Assembly: GCA_963665665.1 (NCBI GenBank)
Contig: OY762428.1
Coordinates: 1,344,001-1,408,000 of the forward strand
DNA length: 64,000 nt
Origin: Candidatus Kapaibacterium sp.
Lineage (GTDB): Bacteria; Bacteroidota; Ignavibacteria; Kapaibacteriales; UBA2268
Direction: 5' to 3'
The notes beneath the pieces are model-generated. The model ran no database searches and was not told the origin of the DNA. It saw only the letters and a program-made list of their open reading frames with translations. Shown here piece by piece: positions 59,528 to 64,000 of this stretch. The number at the start of each line of letters is the position of its first letter. Within the stretch, counting starts at the first letter, position 1. The position numbers and the translations under genes were made by a program.

Positions 59528-60241
59528 TCAAAATAAATTAAAGGATCTGAACCGGAAACTCCTGTCCAGATGAAAACTGTAATATTTTTCAAAAAAATCA
59601 ATTATTCGTTTTTTCTGAGAATCATTCAATCTGTCATGATAATATCCTGTAAGGACTATCTCATTCAGAATTGAATAAATCTCTTTATCAAACCTGTACA
59701 TGGAAGAATACGAATTCTCCCCATTTGCCAGACAGCCGTTCTCGAAAGAAAACCAGCATGTGCGGCCATCGACAATATCATTTGTAAAATCAACATTTAT
59801 GCCAAGTTGAACCGTAAGAAACACCTGGAAAAGAATAAATACAACAAATGGTTCTTCAGGCAGCAGGTTTAGTTCTTTCAGAGATTGAACCAAACGGCCG
59901 TAAAGCTCAATATTTATATCGCCCTCCTCCTGGGTTCGGCTTACAGATTCCAGAATAAGCAGCCCTGCTGAAATATGATCCACATCCTCAGTCAGGCGGT
60001 TCATAGGAATGGCGAGTTCCGCCCGTGAAAGAGTTTGTAAGCCACGGTTAGGTTTTTTATAATATGATACTGAAGAGCAGCACAGAGGTTCCAGTGCGCC
60101 GCCAAACTTGCTTTTGGATTTCCTGGCTCCTTTGGCAATCAGCGAAACAAGGCCCTCGTCACGAGAATAGGCAGAAACAATTTTACTTGAATCCCCGTAT
60201 TTCCTGCTATGCAGAATTACCACTTCAGTACTAACTATCAT
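59528..60241 (-). CDS. recO: DNA repair protein RecO
   Basis: VILHSRKYGDSSKIV..GLVSLIAKGARKSKSKFGGALEP. Confidence 0.93.
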   Translation of the reverse strand: MIVSTEVVILHSRKYGDSSKIVSAYSRDEGLVSLIAKGARKSKSKFGGALEPLCCSSVSYYKKPNRGLQTLSRAELAIPMNRLTEDVDHISAGLLILESVSRTQEEGDINIELYGRLVQSLKELNLLPEEPFVVFILFQVFLTVQLGINVDFTNDIVDGRTCWFSFENGCLANGENSYSSMYRFDKEIYSILNEIVLTGYYHDRLNDSQKKRIIDFFEKYYSFHLDRSFRFRSFNLF

Positions 60242-60418
60242 TAAAAAAACGGCCCGGATATGATGTTGAAAAAATAGTTTTATATTTGAAAATAAAATAT
60301 TATTTTCGCAACCGTAATTTAGCTAATAAATGCTAATTTAACAATAGAAACTAATATTCATTGCCGATAGAATTCGGCAGGCACATTGAAAAAAAATTTA
60401 AAAAAGTTAAAATTATTC

Positions 60419-60449
60419 TTGCACAGAATTGAAAAAACTTTTAACTTTG
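60419..60449 (+). promoter_or_regulatory. Putative tRNA promoter
   Basis: TTGCAC-N17-TAACTT; TAACTTTG also fits the Bacteroidota TAnnTTTG element. Confidence 0.5.
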
Positions 60450-60483
60450 TACTCCCTTTGAGAGGGAAATTGACAAAAGAGAT

Positions 60484-60557
60484 TCCTGAGTAGCTCAGTT
60501 GGTTAGAGCATCTGACTGTTAATCAGAGGGTCCGCGGTTCAAGTCCGTGCTCAGGAG
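60484..60557 (+). tRNA. tRNA-Asn (GTT), CCA not encoded
   Basis: TCCTGAG/CTCAGGA acceptor stem, D arm GCTC..GAGC, anticodon arm TCTGA-CTGTTAA-TCAGA, T loop GGTTCAAGTCC. Confidence 0.97.
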
Positions 60558-60566
60558 CTTCAAAAC

Positions 60567-60600
60567 AAACCCGCTACAAATAGAACTGTAGCGGGTTTTT
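60567..60600 (+). terminator. Terminator hairpin after the tRNA (possibly bidirectional)
   Basis: AAACCCGCTACA-N8-TGTAGCGGGTTTTT. Confidence 0.8.
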
Positions 60601-60721
60601 ACGTTATACGACGATATTTTTTCTTCTTTTTTTCTTTGGCTAATTTTAACCAATTCTACCTTTTTCTACTGTTTTCTACCGTTTTTAGTAGAACATTGGT
60701 AGAACATTAGTAGAACGTTTT

Positions 60722-61792
60722 TTAAAACTTTTCCTCCAATATATCTTTCAATACATCAGTATATTTCTTTGTGTACTTTCTGTATGTCAAATTTATATCG
60801 GTGTGCCGCATCAGATTTGCAGTGTTTTTTAATGACACCCCGGAATTAATTAATTTATTGCTGAATGTATTTCTCAGCCTGTGGAAGGATTCCCCAGGAA
60901 CATAATACCCCAATTTCTTGCACACATTGTTAAATTTTTTTGTCAAATTTGATTTCGACACAGCCTCCCATTTAAATACCTTTTGTTTCTTAGCACCGTA
61001 TCTTGATTGTGCAATCTGGTACTGCTCCAACAATAACTCACTTATATTTTTTGTAATAGGGAAAGTATCAATCACTTCCTTATTTATTTTATTTGGCACT
61101 TCGATAATCCCTGTTTCAAAATTTATGTCTGTAAACTTCATGTTAAGCGTTTCACTAATTCTAAATCCTGTCATATACATAAAACGTATAAGATTATTAA
61201 ACTCTCTGTCCGGCCTGTAATTTGTTCCTTCCATTGTTTCCAGAAAATGAAATATATGTTCCATTTCCTCATCAGAAAATGGCTCTTTGGGCTTATTCTG
61301 TACTTTTTTCATAAATTCATTACATATATTCGTTTTCTTGATATACTCTTCGCTAATACAATAATTCACAAAAGTACGAATATGCCGCAATGCAGTGTTT
61401 TTCGATACAACCTGCATATCGGAATTCAATACAAAACTATTTATCATTTTTTCGAGTATTTTCTTTGATAATATTTCATCAGGTTTCTCAATAACCTTGC
61501 AATATGCCCATTCATAATTTTTCATAGTCTTCTGTGCCCTTCCTTTTGCTATCTGCCTATCTGTGAACTCCTGCCAGGCTTGCGCTATTGTTTTTTGCTT
61601 TGCCGTTGCGTCTTCAAATTGCCCGGTTATTTGCTGGCGATAATACTCGTCCTTCAGCTTGTACGCCAGGGCGTAACCCTGCTTATCGGCATTCAGGCCG
61701 GTTTTATACCATTTGTTTGATATTTTTATATACAGCTTATTCCGTTTTTTCACCACACTTCCCGGTGAGCTTGTTCCGCGTTTCCTTGCCAT
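60722..61792 (-). CDS. Tyrosine recombinase / phage-type integrase
   Basis: TGFRISE (R), FHRLR (HxxR), LMRH, KYT (Y); basic N-terminal arm-binding-like domain. Confidence 0.93.
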   Translation of the reverse strand: MARKRGTSSPGSVVKKRNKLYIKISNKWYKTGLNADKQGYALAYKLKDEYYRQQITGQFEDATAKQKTIAQAWQEFTDRQIAKGRAQKTMKNYEWAYCKVIEKPDEILSKKILEKMINSFVLNSDMQVVSKNTALRHIRTFVNYCISEEYIKKTNICNEFMKKVQNKPKEPFSDEEMEHIFHFLETMEGTNYRPDREFNNLIRFMYMTGFRISETLNMKFTDINFETGIIEVPNKINKEVIDTFPITKNISELLLEQYQIAQSRYGAKKQKVFKWEAVSKSNLTKKFNNVCKKLGYYVPGESFHRLRNTFSNKLINSGVSLKNTANLMRHTDINLTYRKYTKKYTDVLKDILEEKF

Positions 61793-61818
61793 ACATCTCT
61801 CCTGTTTTAGTAAAATAT

Positions 61819-61839
61819 GGCGGGGTTTGCGGCCCCGCC
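61819..61839 (-). terminator. GC hairpin between the CAP gene and the integrase
   Basis: GGCGGGG-N7-CCCCGCC, followed on the minus strand by ATATTTT. Confidence 0.5.
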
Positions 61840-61844
61840 TGTAA

Positions 61845-62486
61845 TTACAGAATTATACCAATTTCCCCTGTTGCCTTCCCGTGTTTTGCAATTATTACAC
61901 ACATTCTTGCGTATGTTTTATCATCTGAATAAGCTATACCAATCCCGCAATCAATACAATCTTCCCAAAAATCTATAATCCCTAATAAATGATTCCTATG
62001 GCCCGGCGGATCCCATCCCTCATCAACAATCAAACACTTTATCCCAACTGTATCAAAATTGTTTAAAGGATACTTCCCATCACCCCACTGTGATATTGAT
62101 TCAAAAGAAGCATCAGATTTATTTTGTATAAAATTCTCTGACATTTCATAGCCAGCATCATGTAACCGTCGATTTATACCGTATCCATCCGGATCAACAT
62201 GCCCGAAATAATCTCTTTTAATCATATCCAATGCTTTTTCCTCTGCAACCTGGGCGCAAATGCTATTCCAGACAAGTTTGTGGCGCGGTTCCACGTAGGA
62301 TAAATCCACGCCTATTTCATTACTGTAAGCGCCAGGGTTCTGCCTGATATTGTTTAAATAATTAAATGCCTCCTGCGCTTCGGCTTTATCCAAAAAACCG
62401 CTGACTTCCGGGCTGCTCCCGTCATCGGAACAAGATAATATAAATATTCCTATGAATAAACTGATAAAGGTTAGCTTCATTTTCAT
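61845..62486 (-). CDS. CAP/SCP-domain lipoprotein
   Basis: Lipobox ILSC; LNNIR, DMIKRDYFGHVDPDG, PGHRNHLL, CGIGIA. Confidence 0.85.
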   Translation of the reverse strand: MKMKLTFISLFIGIFILSCSDDGSSPEVSGFLDKAEAQEAFNYLNNIRQNPGAYSNEIGVDLSYVEPRHKLVWNSICAQVAEEKALDMIKRDYFGHVDPDGYGINRRLHDAGYEMSENFIQNKSDASFESISQWGDGKYPLNNFDTVGIKCLIVDEGWDPPGHRNHLLGIIDFWEDCIDCGIGIAYSDDKTYARMCVIIAKHGKATGEIGIIL

Positions 62487-62495
62487 TTTTTCCTC

Positions 62496-63143
62496 CTAAT
62501 TAACTTCGTATTCTGTGAGTTCATAAGAAACTTGTTCAGAACTTTCATCCGTGCATTCGTATTTTATCAAGCCAATTCCGGGCTTCATATAAATAAATTC
62601 ACTTGCAGCGCAATCCGCCTTCTTCCAGCCAATTTTCCAACAACCTTTGTATTTTACTCCGCCTGCCTCAACTTCATCTATCCACTGGTAATCAGTTTCC
62701 ATACATGCTTCAGAAACATGGTATTCTTTTTCTTCAGGTTTGTTATAAAAATGTGACATAGGAAAGATCATAGTGCCATTCGTACCTGTATATTCATACA
62801 AGAAATATATCTTGTCATCTCTGTATAGCACATAATGTGGCTGGAACCTTAGTGTTTTTTCCGGATGGGTGGAATACACCTGCATTTTATATATTTCAGA
62901 TGTTTCGTATGTTACAGTATTTAAAGTAAATTTCTTAACAACTGCACCTTCACATTCCTGATAAAATTGTAATTTTTCGCCATTGTAATCAGCCTCGTAG
63001 GTTAATTTATTCCCTTTTGCCAAAGGAATTAAATCTGAATTATCAATCTCGACACCTCCGTTGTTATTCGTCCCGGAATCATCACTACAAGAAAGAAACA
63101 AAACAGTAATAATTACACTCAAAATTCCTAATAACTTTTTCAT
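62496..63143 (-). CDS. Hypothetical lipoprotein
   Basis: FLSC-SDD lipobox; PLAKGNKLTY and YMKPGIGLIK motifs. Confidence 0.8.
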   Translation of the reverse strand: MKKLLGILSVIITVLFLSCSDDSGTNNNGGVEIDNSDLIPLAKGNKLTYEADYNGEKLQFYQECEGAVVKKFTLNTVTYETSEIYKMQVYSTHPEKTLRFQPHYVLYRDDKIYFLYEYTGTNGTMIFPMSHFYNKPEEKEYHVSEACMETDYQWIDEVEAGGVKYKGCWKIGWKKADCAASEFIYMKPGIGLIKYECTDESSEQVSYELTEYEVN

Positions 63144-63154
63144 TTTTTTATCTC

Positions 63155-63832
63155 CTATTTCAATTCATAACCAATTAATTCAAATTCTGATATTTTCCCC
63201 TCTATGCCATCAATTTTAACAATTGGGGTCTCCATACTTTCATTCAAATATTTTAAATTTGTAATTCCAATCCCCTTTTCAAAATAATATACTTCAACCC
63301 CTTCACTATTCACACCATTTATAACAGATACAGGTAACACCTTATACTGTTTTTCCCCAATCTTTTCCCATTTTGAAAAGAAATCTCTTTCTATCCCATG
63401 ACTTGAATCTTTAAGATACTGCAAACGACCTTGTTCGACACCATTTTTTGGGTAATATTGTAACTTAAGACTTCCATTCCATATCGTGTCTTTTGATAAT
63501 TCTAACCAGTTTCGGAAATCTCCCATTATTGGATTCCCTGAGTATAAAAATAAATGGGAAAAATAAGTCTCTTCTACCTCTGAAAAAATATATTTTTCAT
63601 CTTCATAATCAATAATTTCTGCTTTAATAATTTTACTTTTCGTTTTGTTGTCACCAATATCTACTGTAACACGGTACCACCATTTGTTCCCAACAGATAA
63701 TGGTAAAATCTGGTCCGGCTGTAATATTGATGCAACCTGTGGCAAATCCTCATCCGGGTTTGTCCCGCTGTCCGAACATGCCCAAAATGCCAACATTGCT
63801 AAAATGCTAATAAATACAAGTAACTTTTTCAT
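63155..63832 (-). CDS. Hypothetical lipoprotein, distant paralog of 62496
   Basis: FWAC-SDS lipobox; PLSVGNKWWY and YFEKGIGIT motifs; AGGAG RBS. Confidence 0.8.
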   Translation of the reverse strand: MKKLLVFISILAMLAFWACSDSGTNPDEDLPQVASILQPDQILPLSVGNKWWYRVTVDIGDNKTKSKIIKAEIIDYEDEKYIFSEVEETYFSHLFLYSGNPIMGDFRNWLELSKDTIWNGSLKLQYYPKNGVEQGRLQYLKDSSHGIERDFFSKWEKIGEKQYKVLPVSVINGVNSEGVEVYYFEKGIGITNLKYLNESMETPIVKIDGIEGKISEFELIGYELK

Positions 63833-64000
63833 TTCATAAACTCCTGTTAATGTAAAATATTAATGTATATTATGCCAATAACGGAAGAATCCTTCAACCC
63901 GAAATATTGAAGTTGCGATTTAGCAAATAATTTTACTTTCGTTTTTTATTTGTTAATAAAGTAACTGTTTGGAATATGATTTCCAAATTTATCTTTGCAA

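Larger units (their letters stand above)
60558..64000. mobile_element. Left end of an integrative element (prophage or island) at tRNA-Asn
   Basis: Tyrosine integrase sits immediately 3' of a tRNA and points towards it; the other att site is not in the window. Confidence 0.7.

Overview
AT-rich bacterial DNA, probably from the Bacteroidota/Chlorobiota/Ignavibacteriota/Kapabacteria group, inferred from the many T9SS (Por) C-terminal sorting-like tails. Four zones. (1) 1-7.1 kb is defence-island-like: the dinD 3' end, a KilA-N gene, and the C-terminal part of a type ISP-like restriction-modification gene. That gene is split by passenger genes, carries in-frame REP-like palindromes and is disrupted by an IS4 element with IRs and an 11-bp TSD. 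Two HEPN-motif genes and a trypsin-like protease/beta-barrel fusion follow. (2) 7.1-13 kb is repeat-rich: an FN3 gene, 21-bp tandem arrays, and three identical DUF559 endonuclease proteins whose genes are interleaved with eleven ~132-bp palindromic units. (3) 13.2-54.7 kb is a ~41-kb co-oriented minus-strand locus: an FG-GAP/T9SS protein, a 2618-aa SpvB-like/YD protein, a 21-kb array of 15 secreted paralogs, a 2749-aa signal-peptide Rhs with a URI/GIY-YIG-like tip, and three immunity-like genes. The array holds 10 BNR beta-propellers and 5 Cys-rich proteins whose variable segments are combinatorially shuffled; this locus is the best candidate for an undescribed system. (4) 55.6-64 kb holds an RCC1/T9SS protein, a CorC/HlyC-family gene, recO, tRNA-Asn, and the left end of an integrative element (tyrosine integrase plus three lipoproteins). 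All family calls come from motif recognition by eye, not database searches.
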